This document shows positions 50,455 to 63,600 of a stretch of 64,000 nt of DNA, piece by piece (the first letter of the stretch is position 1; each line of letters starts with the position of its first letter). This DNA comes from Macrostomum hystrix (taxonomy: Eukaryota; Animalia; Platyhelminthes), in the NCBI GenBank assembly GCA_950097015.1, contig CATNEN010000024.1:7006001-7070000 (forward strand). The letters run 5' to 3'. A program made the translations under genes and the position numbers. Below the pieces are notes generated by a model. That model made no database searches. It was not told the origin of the DNA and saw nothing but the letters and a program-made list of their open reading frames with translations.

Positions 50455-52570
50455 TGAAACTGTTAGACTAGTGCCAGAACTGTCATACTAGTCCCAGAAC
50501 TGTCATACTAGTCCCAGAACTGTCATACTAGTCCCAGAACTGTCATACTAGTCCCAGAACTGTCATACTAGTCCCAGAACTGTCATACTAGTCCCAGAAC
50601 TGTCATACTAGTCCCAGAACTGTCATACTAGTCCCAGAACTGTCATACTAGTCCCAGAACTGTCATACTAGTCCCAGAACTGTCATACTAGTCCAAGAAC
50701 TGTCATACTAGTCCCAGAACTGTCATACTAGTCCCAGAACTGTCATACTAGTCCCAGAACTGTCATACTAGTCCCAGAACAGTTATACTAGTCCCAGAAC
50801 AGTTATACTAGTCCCAGAACTGTCATACTAGTCCCAGAACTGTCATACTAGTCCCAGAACAGTTATACTAGTCCCAGAACTGTTAGACTCGAACCAGAAC
50901 TGTTAGACTAGTCCCAGAACTGTCATACTAGTCCCAGAACTGTTTGACAAGTCCCAGAACTGTTAGACTCGAACCAGAACTGTTAGACTAGTCTCAGAAC
51001 TGTTAGACTAGTCCCAGAACTGTTAGACTAGTCCCAGAACTGTTAGACTAGTCCCAGAACTGTTTGAAAAGTCCTATAACTGTTAGACTCGACCCAGAAC
51101 TGTTAGACTCGACCCAGAACTGTTAGACTCGACCCAGAACTGTTAGACTCGACCCAGAACTGTTAGACTCGATCCAGAACTGTTAGACTAGTCCCATAAC
51201 TGTTAGACTAGTCCCAGAACTGTTAGACCAGTCCCAGAACTGTTAGACTAGTCTCAGAACTGTTTGACAAGTCCCAGAACTGTTAGACTCGAACCAGAAC
51301 TGTTAGACTAGTCCCAGAACTGTTTGAAAAGTCCTATAACTGTTAGACTCGACCCAGAACTGTTAGACTCGACCCAGAACTGTTAGACTCGACCCAGAAC
51401 TGTTAGACTCGACCCAGAACTGTTAGACTCGATCCAGAACTGTTAGACTAGTCCCAGAACTGTTAGACTAGTCCCAGAACTGTTAGACTAGTGTCAGAAC
51501 TGTTTGACAAGTCCCAGAACTGTTAGACTCGAACCAGAACTGTCATACTAGTCCCAGAACTGTTTGACAAGTCCCAGAACTGTTAGACTCGAACCAGAAC
51601 TGTTAGACTAGTCCCAGAACTGTCATACTAGTCCCAGAACTGTCATACTAGTCTCAGAACTGTCATACTAGTCTCAGAACTGTCATACTAGTCCCAGAAC
51701 TGTCATACTAGTCCCAGAACTGTCATACTAGTCTCAGAACTGTTAGACTCGACTCAGAACTGTTAGACTCGACCCAGGACTGTTAGACATGTCCCGGAAC
51801 TAGTTGAAAAGTCCCAGAACTGTTAGACTCGAACCAGAACTGTTAGACTAGTCCCAGAACTGTTAGACTAGTCTCAGAACTGTTAGACTAGTCCCAGAAC
51901 TGTTAGACTAGTCCCAGAACTGTTAGACTAGTCCCAGAACTGTTAGACTAGTCCCAGAACTGTTTGACAAGTCCCAGAACTGTTAGACTAGTCCCAGAAC
52001 TGTTAGACTAGTCTCAGAACTGTTAGACTAGTCCCAGAACTGTTTGACTAGTCCCAGAACTGTTAGACTAGTCCCAGAACTGTTAGACTAGTCTCAGAAC
52101 TGTTAGACTAGTCTCAGAACTGTTAGACTAGTCTCAGAACTGTTAGACTCGACCCAGGACTGTTAGACTAGTCTCAGAACTGTTAGACTAGTCTCAGAAC
52201 TGTTTGAAAAGTCCCAGAACTGTTAGACTAGTCTCAGAACTGTTTGAAAAGTCCCAGAACTGTTAGACTAGTCTCAGAACTGTTAGACTAGTCCCAGAAC
52301 TGTTAGACTAGTCTCAGAACTGTTAGACTAGTCCCAGAACTGTTAGACTAGTCCCAGAACTGTTAGACTAGTCTCACAACTGTTAGACTAGTCTCAGAAC
52401 TGTTAGACTAGTCTCAGAACTGTCAGACTCGTCCCAGAACTGTTAGACTAGTCCCAGAACTGTTAGACTAGTCTCAGAACTGTCAGACTCGTCCCAGAAC
52501 TGTTAGACTAGTCTCAGAACTGTTTGAAAAGTCCCAGAACTGTTTGAAAAGTCCCATAACTGTTAGACTT
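50455..52570. repeat. 20-bp minisatellite (cccagaactgt[ca/ta][t/g]actagt)
   Basis: About 105 units. A tcata-variant domain is followed by a ttagac-variant domain. Confidence 0.97.
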
Positions 52571-53984
52571 GTTTTTTTGACATGCAAATGATATGAAGAT
52601 GTTCTTAGAAAGCTGCAAAATCTCGGGCACGTTGGACAATTAGCTAGAATACAACCACGAGAATGAATATCGTCTATGGCCAGTAACGAGCCAACTATAG
52701 TTTTAAGAAAAGGCATTAATTTCTAGTATATGCAAGTGGAGTGTATCGGTTTGGCTCGCGAAATTTCATGCGAAAGCCAAACGAAAGTCTCTCTCGCAAC
52801 TGGGTCGCTGAGAGTGCTTGCGGCAGCGCAACTATAGAAGGAAAAATGAATTCTTTCTAACTTTCTTTCTCCAGTCTCGATCGGTGCGCAATACCAGTCC
52901 AGGAATGCTTCAACTTGTTGCATAGCTTCGAACTGAGCAATTTCTAAAAGAAGGCGCAGTTTTAGCTATCGTTTCTGCTCCGGTTCCTATATGTTTTAGG
53001 CGCAGAATGTGCACTGCTGAGCTTTGGCATAGTTTGCTAGGAGTTTGCTACGACTTGCTACGACTGCAGACAGCGAGGGGGTGGCGGTGGAGGCGGGCAC
53101 TGCATGCAGAATGTAGCAAGTGAACCTGCATTGCTTTGGTTGCGCGGGTGCATCAGAGAGAGAACTAGCCAGCTGCGCAATGGTTTCGGCCCAATGGAAG
53201 GTCGCTTCTTCTTCAAGGTCTAAATCAATTATTTCTCATAAAAGTGGATCGGATCGTGAGAGAGGCGGGCCAGGGAATGGATACACCAGAGTTCCTTTTT
53301 TAAAGAGCCCCCCTCTATACCGAAAAGCAGCGACGCAAATCCATTTTGTCCTCCTTCCCCACCAGCGCTATTGAAAAGGAGAGCAGCATTTCGCAATTTT
53401 AATTTCGCTCGACGCAGCATCCCCCCACTCCACGCCGCCAAGGGTTTCCGAGGCCAATTCAGGTAAAAAAATGTATTGCAGCCCGGCTTCGGGGTTGGTT
53501 GGGTCCCGGGGCGCGAGTTGCTAGGGGCGGAGGTGGGACGCTGGCGGGCAATTTAAAAAGGCTCGTGGCGCCCGGGCTCCAATCCTCAGCTCGGTTCCAG
53601 CAAACTTCCTTCGCATCTACGCTAGCCCTGAGAAGCTCAGCTCTGACTATCAGCGGAAGTCGTTGTGACTGCAGTGAAGAATTGAAACCTGCTTGTCTTG
53701 CCGGTGTACTGTAGGATTTGGGCTTGCAAAGCAATTGTTGTAAGCCATTCTACAGTGTACTAGCAGTCTGCAGTGAGCAGCATGTCACCTACTCAAGGGG
53801 GACCTACCCGCTATCAGTTTTCTAATTTTTCTCATTTGACTAACCAGTTTCAATGTGCATACACTAAACATTTGTGAGCTGAAAATCTTCCCCTGACCGA
53901 TCACAAATGGCCGGCCTTTTGCCATGCTGCGCAAGCTTTGCAATGTTCACAGATTCACAGAATCTCAGAATCATCATATTCACA

Positions 53985-54630
53985 AATCACTGCCTGTAAT
54001 TCAAAGCCCAATACCTGTAATTCAAAGCCTAATACCTGTATTCAAAGCCCAATACCTGTAATTCAAAGCCTAATACCTGTAATTCAAAGCCCAATACCTG
54101 TAATTCAAAGCCTAATACCTGTAATTCAAAGCCCAGTACCTGTAATTCAAAGCCCAATACCTGTAATTCAAAGCCCAATACCTGTAATTCAAAGCCTAAT
54201 ACCTGTAATTCAAAGCCCAATACCTGTAATTCAAAGCCCAATACCTGTAATTCAAAGCCCAATACCTGTAATTCAAAGCTGTACCTAATACCTGTAATTC
54301 AAAGCCTAATACCTGTAATTCAAAGCCTTATACCTGTAATTCAAAGCCTAATACCTGTAATTCAAAGCCTAATACCTGTAATTCAAAGCCTTATACCTGT
54401 AATTCAAAGCCTAATACCTGTAATTCAAAGCCTTATACCTGTAATTCAAAGCCTTATACCTGTAATTCAAAGCCTAATACCTGTAATTCAAAGCCTAATA
54501 CCTGTAATTCAAAGCCTAGTACCTGTAATTCAAAGCCTTATACCTGTAATTCAAAGCCTTATACCTGTAATTCAAAGCCTAATACCTGTAATTCAAAGCC
54601 TAATACCTGTAATTCAAAGCCCACTACCTG
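53985..54630. repeat. 21-bp minisatellite (gtaattcaaagcc[c/t]aatacct)
   Basis: About 30 units read directly. Confidence 0.95.
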
Positions 54631-54639
54631 CACTCATCT

Positions 54640-55392
54640 GCTATTCAGAGCCCTCACCTGTTAGACAGAGCCCTCATCTGTTAGACCGAGTCCTCACGTG
54701 TTAGACCGAGTCCTCACGTGTTATACAGAGCCCTCATCTGTTAGACAGAGCCCTCATCTGTTAGACCGAGTCCTCACGTGTTAGACCGAGTCCTCACGTG
54801 TTATACAGAGCCCTCATCTGTTAGACAGAGCCCTCTTCTGTTAGACCGAGTCCTCACGTGTTATACAGAGCCCTCATCTGTTAGACAGAGCCCTCATCTG
54901 TTAGACAGAGCCCTCTTCTGTTAGACCGAGTCCTCACGTGTTATACAGCGCCCTCATCTGTTAGACAGAGCCCTCTTCTGCTAGACAGAGCCCTCATCTG
55001 TTAGACCGAGTCCTCACGTGTTAGACAGAGCCCTCACCTGTTAGACAGAGCCCTCATATGTTAGACAGAGCCCTCATCTGTTAGACAGAGTCCTCACGTG
55101 TTAGACAGAGCCCTCACCTGTTAGACAGAGCCGTCTTCTGTTAGACCGAGTCCTCACGTGTTATACAGAGCCCTCATCTGTTAGACAGAGCCCTCATCTG
55201 TTAGACAGAGCCCTCATCTGTTAGACAGAGCCCTCATCTGTTAGACCGAGTCCTCATCTGTTAGACAGAGCCCTCATCTGTTAGACAGAGCCCTCATCTG
55301 TTAGACAGAGCCCTCATCTGTTAGACAGAGCCCTCATCTGTTAGACAGAGCCCTCATCTGTTAGACCGAGTCCTCACGTGTTAGACAGAGCA
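54640..55392. repeat. 20-bp minisatellite (gttagacagagccctcatct)
   Basis: About 37 units read directly. Confidence 0.95.
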
Positions 55393-56077
55393 ATGAAATT
55401 CAGTTACAAGGACAATTTTGACACAAAGTCAAATAAAACATTCACAAGAACTGTCAGTTTTGCGATGAAGGTTGTGACAGAACACAAAAAGCATCACACA
55501 GGATATGCTGAGCTGATTAATTAACTTTTTATTTTTTTGTACGTCTAAAACTTATTCCGCTAAAAGTACACTGATATGGGTTTAAATATATATTCAAGAT
55601 ATAAGCGATTTAGAATTAAACGGAAATATTATCCAATAAAATTTGGTGAACTAAAAAGTATTATTCATAATTTAGCATTTATGAAAACAAAGCACAAAAA
55701 AATTCTGTGGTGTTAAACAAAAATATTTGCTTGTCGTGTTACTATTATTCAATGGCAATATGAACTTAGAAAATCTGATAATCCACTAAATATCAAGGAT
55801 CAGTAAGTATTGCACGACATGAAGTATTTAAAATGTAATTTCTAATAATTTCTAATATTAAGAAATAATAAATAACTAAATTCTGAACAAACAGACTAGA
55901 CTAGAAAACTAATTCAAAGCAGGCTGCAGGATAATACTCGTATTTTCAAATTGTGATAAGAAAATACATAAAAAGACCAGCTTGTCTTCATTAATAGACT
56001 GTGACTGTATATTATATAATATTAAATTAGAAAATATTCTCTAGTTTTCGTTTGGAGGTGGACTCGTTGCACTGATG

Positions 56078-57165
56078 ACTCATCAATCTGCTAGCATTGA
56101 ATCTCTCCCCGTGAATGTACAAGTGTACACTGATGACTCATCAATCTGCTAGCATTGAATCTCTCCCCGTGAATGTACAAGTGTACACTGATGACTCATC
56201 AATCTGCTAGCATTGAATCTCTCCCCGTGAATGTACAAGTGTACACTGATGACTCATCAATCTGCTAGCATTGAATCTCTCCCCGTGAATGTACAAGTGT
56301 ACACTGATGACTCATCAATCTGCTAGCATTGAATCTCTCCCCGTGAATGTACAAGTGTACACTGATGACTCATCAATCTGCTAGCATTGAATCTCTGTCC
56401 GTGAATGTACAAGTGTACACTGATGACTCATCAATCTGCTAGAATTGAATCTCTCCCCGTGAATGTACAAGTGTACACTGATGACTCATCAATCTGCTAG
56501 CATTGAATCTCTCCCCGTGAATGTACAAGTATACACTGATGACTCATCAATCTGCTAGCATTGAACCTCTCCCCGTGAATGTACAAGTGTACACTGATGA
56601 CTCATTAATCTGCTAGCATTGAATCTCTGTCCGTGAATGTACAAGTGTACACTGATGACTCATCAATCTGCTAGCATTGAATCTCTCCCCGTGAATGTAC
56701 AAGTGTACACTGATGACTCATCAATCTGCTAGCATTGAATCTCTGTCCGTGAATGTACAAGTGTACACTGATGACTCATCAATCTGCTAGCATTGAATCT
56801 CTGTCCGTGAATGTACAAGTGTACACGGATGACTCATCAATCTGCTAGCATTGAATCTCTCCCCGTGAATGTACAAGTGTACACTGATGACTCATCAATC
56901 TGCTAGCATTGAATCTCTGTCCGTGAATATACAAGTGTACACGGATGACTCATCAATCTGCTAGCATTGAATCTCTCCCCGTGAATGTACAAGTGTACAC
57001 TGATGACTCATCAATCTGCTAGCATTGAATCTCTGTCCGTGAATGTACAAGTGTACACTGATGACTTATCAACCTGCTAGCATTGCATCTCTCCCCGTGA
57101 ATGTACAAGTGTACACTGATGACTCATCAATCTGCTAGCATTAAATCTCTGTCCGTGAATGTACA
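56078..57165. repeat. 58-bp minisatellite (~19 copies) with an embedded ATGACTCAT in each unit
   Basis: Period 58 (56101 to 56159). Unit gtacactgatgactcatcaatctgctagcattgaatctctccccgtgaatgtacaagt. Confidence 0.97.
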
Positions 57166-57616
57166 CTCATGTCTCATGGCTAATGTCGAAACCATTGTCA
57201 ACAAATTTGCTTTGATGAATCAGTGAAGTAAAGTTTTAGTTAACGTTAATATCAGTTTCACAACGAAAAATAAGAAAGAATGATATAATTGTCGGTGGTT
57301 ATGCAAAAGCAAACGAGACAAATGCACGACAAATATTTGACGAAAAGCTTTTACGATTAATCGCTTTAGCGACGAAAAATTTTTTTCTTGAAATACAATT
57401 TTAACGTTTCGCTACGACATGATAAGCATTGAGTGTATAACAAGCTGCAGAAACTAGAAACTGACAGAGATAAACATGTTTGTTATAATATACGAGCCAT
57501 ATCAGTTCCACTTTCCAACACAAAAATAGCATCGAATGACCAACAAACTCATCTTTAAACTGAAAAAGAAAATTTAAAACAGACTTGCAATTTTCTCTTA
57601 AAAACCCTCTTGAAGG

Positions 57617-60600
57617 TCACTGCGGCAACGTCTTCAGGACGTTGTGCACCTCCTCAGCGATAGCCGATACAACGAACTCAAACTGGTCCTGTTATGAATG
57701 AAGTGAAAGGTTTACAGTAACATGCCTGCTGTGCTGAGTGAGGATTGCTGTGCTGAATGAGGATTGCTGTGCTGAATGAGGATTGCTGTGCTGAATGAGG
57801 ATTGCTGTGCTGAATGAGGATTGCAGTGCTGAATGAGGATTGCTGTGCCGAATGAGGATTGCTGTGCTGAGTGAGGATTGCTGTGCTGAATGAGGATTGC
57901 TGTGCTGAATGAGGATTGCAGTGCTGAATGAGGGAGGTTACAGTACTGAATGAGGGAGGTTGCAGTACTGAATGAGGGAGGTTGCAGTACTGAATGAGGG
58001 AGATTGTAGTACTCAATGAGGAGATTGTAGTACTGAATGAGGGAGATTGCAGTACTGAATGAGGGAGATTGCAGTACTGAATGAGGGAGATTGCAGTACT
58101 GAATTAGGAGGTTGCAGTACTGAATGAGGAGATTGTAGTACTGAATGAGGGAGATTGCAGTACTGAATGAGGAGGTTGTAGTACTGAATGAGGGAGGTTG
58201 CAGTACTGAATGAGGGAGGTTGCAGTACTAAATGAGGGAGGTTGCAGTACTGAATGAGGGAGGTTGCAGTACTAAATGAGGGAGATTGCAGTACTGAATG
58301 AGGGAGGTTGCAGTACTGAATGAGGGAGGTTGCAGTACTGAATGAGGGAGATTGCAGTACTGAATAAGGAGGTTGCAGTGCTGAATGAGGAGGTTGTAGT
58401 ACTGAATGAGGAGGTTGTAGTACTGAATGAGGAGGTTGTAGTACTGAATTAGGAGGTGGCAGTACTGAATGAGGGAGATTGCAGTACTGAATGAGGGAGA
58501 TTGCAGTACTGAATGAGGGAGATTGCAGTACTGAATGAGGGAGATTGCAGTACTGAATGAGGGAGATTGCAGTACTGAATGAGGGAGATTGCAGTACTGA
58601 ATTAGGAGGTTGCAGTACTGAATGAGGAGATTGCAGTACTGAATGAGGGAGATTGCAGTACTGAATGAGGAGGTTGCAGTGCTGAATGAGGAGATTGTAG
58701 TACTGAATGAGGGAGGTTGTAGTACTGAATGAGGAGGTTGTAGTACTGAATGAGGAGGTTGTAGTACTGAATGAGGGAGGTTGTACTACTGATTGTGAGT
58801 GTAAATGTCTTAAAGTACTTCGCAGGCTCACCCGAGTCTTCACCAGTCCAGGCCTTTGATCCCGCAGGTGTTCGAGGCTGGCGGCCAGGTCGATCTCCTT
58901 GACGCCCTTGGCGATGCGGGCGAGTGCAAGGTCCAGCAGGCAGTAGGTGCCTGAACGGCCGCAGCCGTCGCTGCAGTGAATCACCAGAGGCGAGGTGCGG
59001 CCTTTGAAGGACTTGTTCACCTTGCTGCGGGTGTGACAGGCGGTGGATGAGTCTATCAGCGAAAAAATATAATAATGAAAAAATAGAGTTAAAAATGTGA
59101 ATATTACAGTAACCATGGATCAACTGGGATAAACCTGAGTCATCCGGGGATAAACCTGGGTCAACTAGGATAAACCTGGGTCAACTAGGATAAACCTGGG
59201 TCAACTGGGATAAACCAGGATCAACTAGGATAAACCTGGATCAACTGGGATAAACCTGGGTCATCCGGGGATAAACCTGGGTCAACTAGGATAAACCTGG
59301 GTCAAATAGGATAACCCTGGGTCAACTGGATTAAACCAGGATCAACTAGGATAAAACTGGGCCAACTAGGATAAACCTGGGTCAACTAGGATAAACCTGG
59401 GTCATCCGGGGATAAACCTGGGTCATCCGGTGATAAACCTGGGTCAACTGGGATAAACCTGGGTCAACTAGGATAACTGGGTCAACTGGGATAAACCTGG
59501 GTCATCCGGGGATAAACCTGGATCAACTGGGATAAACCTGGGTCAACTAGGATAAACCTGGGTCAACTGGAATAAACCTGGGTCATCCGGGGATGAACCT
59601 GGGTCAGCCATCTCACCGACGGAAGTCCAGCAGAGCCTTGGCACTGCGCGGCAGGCCGGCCTCCTCCCAGGTGAGGAAGTGAAACATGGTGACGGTGCGC
59701 GCCTCGCCACTGTCCAAATTCTTCAGGTAGAAGTTGCGCACCAGAAAGTCTTCGAACCAGACGTGCTCGGAAACCAGGTGGACCTGGGTTGTAGCAAACA
59801 AGGGAAATCTGTGAACAGGGGATATCTGTGAACAGCGAAATCTGTGAACGGGGGAAATCTGTGAACGGGGGACATCTATGAACAGGGGAAATCTGTGAGC
59901 AGGGGAAATCTGTGAACAAGGGACATTTATGAACAGGGGAAATCTGTGAACAAGGGAAATCTGTGAACATGGGAAATCTGTGAGCAGGGGAAATCTGTGA
60001 ACAAGGGACATTTATGAAGAGGGGAAATCTGTGAACAGATGAAATCTGTGAACAAGGGAAATCTGTGAACGGGGGAAATCTGTGAACGGGGGAAATCTGT
60101 GAACAGGGGAAATCAGTGCACAGGGGAAATCTGTGAACAAGGGAAATCTGTGAACAAGGGAAATCTGTGAACGGGGAACATCTGTGAACAGGGGAAATCT
60201 GTGAGCAGGGAAAATCTGTGAACAAGGGAAATCTGTGAACAAGGGAAATCTGTGAACGGGGGACATCTGTGAACAAGGGAAATCTGTGAACAAGGGAAAT
60301 CTGTGAACAAGGGAAATCTGTGAACAAGGGAAATCTTTGAACAAGGGAAATCTGTGAACAAGGGAAATCTGTGAACAAGGGAAATCTGTGAACAGGGGAA
60401 ATCTGTGAACAAGGGAAATCTGTGAACGGGGGAAATCTGTGAACAAGGGAGATCTGTGAACAGGGAGATCTGTGAACAAGGGACATCTGTGAACAAGGGA
60501 AATCTGTGAAAAAGGGAGATCTGTGAACAAGGGACATCTGTGAACAGGGGAAATCTGTGAAAGGAGGAGTATATAAAATATTGAATCCTGTAGCACATAA

Positions 60601-63600
60601 TCTAATAAAGCGGTGTTGAATCGCACCTCAAACCTGTTGAACAGCTTGGAGCCCTCAGCCGGCCAGTACATGACGCTCTGTTCATTAGCGCCAACACTGG
60701 CCAGGTTCACGATCGTCACGGAGCAGCACTCCCACAGCATCTGCCAGAAGTCGGCAGCTGTTGAATCCGTGGGTCCCTGGGCCAGGATGTAGGCCTTAAC
60801 CCTCGGGTCGGAGTCGTAGATGTAGCTGGCGTTGATGTAGTCTCCGCCAGTTGCGTTCAGTTCGCGCTTCAGTATCACCCGTGAATGGTCGTCTGCGCCC
60901 GAAAATGACAATAGAAGCCTTTTTAAGAGCTACTGACAGTAGTTAAGGAAGATTACCAACCTAATTCTTGCATTCTTGGGTTAGCAAGAAAAATTAAACA
61001 ATTAGTTGTCGCTATGCTCACAGACCCAGTGTAGTTAACCAAATTGAAAATCACAGATTATACGAGTAAAAATGACCCTAAAAACGTTTCACTCACACGG
61101 CAGAAGGTCCTGGAATCGATTCTTGGCCGCATTCTCCGGGGTAGCGCCAGCGATAGATGAGCTCTGTTCGGCCTCGTATGAGCACAGATCGGCCCATTCC
61201 TGCTCAAGCTTCTCCTTGCTACTCAGATAGTTCTCCATGTAACTCTGGGTTCGGCGGTGTGTGGGATCTCGTCTGTTCATGTGTGGGATCTCGTCTGTTC
61301 ATGTGTGGGATCTCGTCTGTTCATGTGTGGGATCTCGTTTGTTCATGTGTGGGATATTGTCTGTTCATGTGTGGGATCCCGTCTGTTCATGTGTGGGATC
61401 TCGTCTGTTCATGTGTGGGATCTCGTCTGTTCATGTGTGGGATCTCGTCTGTTCATGTGTGGGATCTCGTTTGTTCATGTGTGGGATATTGTCTGTTCAT
61501 GTGTGGGATCCCGTCTGTTCATGTGTGGGATCTCGTCTGTTCATGTGTGGGATCTCGTCTGTTCATGTGTGGGATCTCGTCTGTTCATGGGTGGGATCTC
61601 TTCTGTTCATGTGTGGGATATCGTCTGTTCATGTGTGGGATCTCGACTGTTCATGTGTGGGATCTTGACTGTTCATGTGTGGGATCTCGTCTGTTCATGT
61701 GTGGGATCTCGTCTGTTCATGGGTGGGATCTCTTCTGTTCATGTGTGGGATATCGTCTGTTCATGTGTGGGATCTCGACTGTTCATGTGTGGGATCTCGT
61801 CTGTTCATGTGTGGGATCTCGTCTGTTCATGGGTGGGATCTCTTCTGTTCATGTGTGGGATATCGTCTGTTCATGTGTGGGATCTCGTCTGTTCATGTGT
61901 GGGATATCGTCTGTTCATGTGTGGGATCTTGTCTGTTCATGTGTGGGATCTCGTCTGTTCATGGGTGGGATCTCTTCTGTTCATGTGTGGGATATCGTCT
62001 GTTCATGTGTGGGATCTTGTCTGTTCATGTGTGGGATCTCGTCTGTTCATGGGTGGGATCTCTTCTGTTCATGTGTGGGATCTTGTCTGTTCATGTGTGG
62101 GATCTCGTCTGTTCATGGGTGGGATCTCTTCTGTTCATGTGTGGGATATCGTCTGTTCATGTGTGGGATCTCGTCTGTTCATGTGTGGGATCTCGTCTGT
62201 TCATGTGTGGGATCTCGTCTGTTCATGTGTGGGATCTCGTCTGTTCATGTGTGGGATCCCGTCTGTTCATGTGTGGGATTTCGTGGGCATTGGTGGGCAC
62301 AATTGGCAACCAGAGGACTCACCAGAATGAGGTGTCCAGTAGTAATATCCATGTCAGTTGTGATTGGGTCATCACTCCTGTTCAATTGTGGAGAAGGTCA
62401 ATTGATAAGTCTTTGAGAAAAATGTGCGAAAAAGTGTTAATTAAAATAATCAGACACTTCATTAACACTCGTAGAGAGAAAACAATTATTGAGCAGAAAA
62501 AATCATGCGCAAAACACTCTACCTACAAGTAAGCCGAGAATGATATGCGAAGTATTTTTTGTTCTATCAATCAAGTTAAATTGCACACATAAAAAGAGCC
62601 AAATGATTGATTGAAAAATAGCAAAAATTTAATCGAATCAATCAGAGCTGTTTAATTGTTGAATAATCAAATTCCGAAGCAAACTATGCTTGACCAAAGA
62701 GACCTGACATGCAGAATGAACTTCATCCGTTTCTGATCGGCAACTGGCCATGCAGCTGAGTACATTCTCTGCGTGTCACTGGGTTGACGCGTGACAAGAT
62801 AGCTTTGTAAACTGATACGTATTTTCCATGACAAATTCTTAGATAGCCATTTAGAAATCGATTATCGGGCAGGTTAATTGTTACTCGCTACTAGTAACTT
62901 ACTAGTAACAAAAGTTACTAAATGATACAATATATTAATAAGTAATTAGTAACTGGAATTAAAAACTCGACAATCCTATTTACTGCTGATCATAAGCAGG
63001 GGAACACGGGGGTTGCAGAGCGGTTCAACCCGATTGTCTCTCGCACCAAGGCCGCATTCATCTGGTGCGGAGCCGCGGAGAGAAGGCTTGGGGGGCTTGT
63101 CGTGCAATTAACCGTCCTTGAGGGCCAACCCCCAAGGCAAAGTGAGAGTGTACACTGCCTGAAGATGAGAAAGTCAGGGCAGATGTACACACCTGTGTGC
63201 GCGTGTGCCTGCTTACGGTATCTGTGTGCGAGTGTGCTCAGGAGTCAGCGGTATGGGCAGAATTGCCTCCTCGCTGGCTGCGGGTCTAGTGTCACCAAAT
63301 GATGTGCCATTGCCCGCAGCCCTCCTGCAAATATTTCATCGGTATTAATACGATATTAATACGATATTAATAGTACGATATACGATATTAATTAATTAAT
63401 ACGTATTATCGGGGGGACGCGGATTTGTAACAGTGGAAATTGTTTTAAGTTGAATCCAAAGGCTGTGTACAGCTGTTCAGTCCATAGACTGGGAGGGGCT
63501 GCCACAACCACTGATATTTCTACCCCAGAAAATAATGAGACCCAATGTACAGCTGGATTAACTGAAGCACTAGCGAGTTATGGTTCTGGCACAATAACTA

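Noticed and set aside
56078-57165. CUGAUGA in each 58-bp unit as a hammerhead ribozyme array
   Set aside because: There is no stem II and no correctly placed GAAA/UH. The motif is part of a DNA palindrome.
58013-59116. ORF with an apparent signal peptide fused to the PTP active-site segment
   Set aside because: The hydrophobic start is AT-rich intron sequence. The real exon is 59024-58832, bounded by canonical splice sites.
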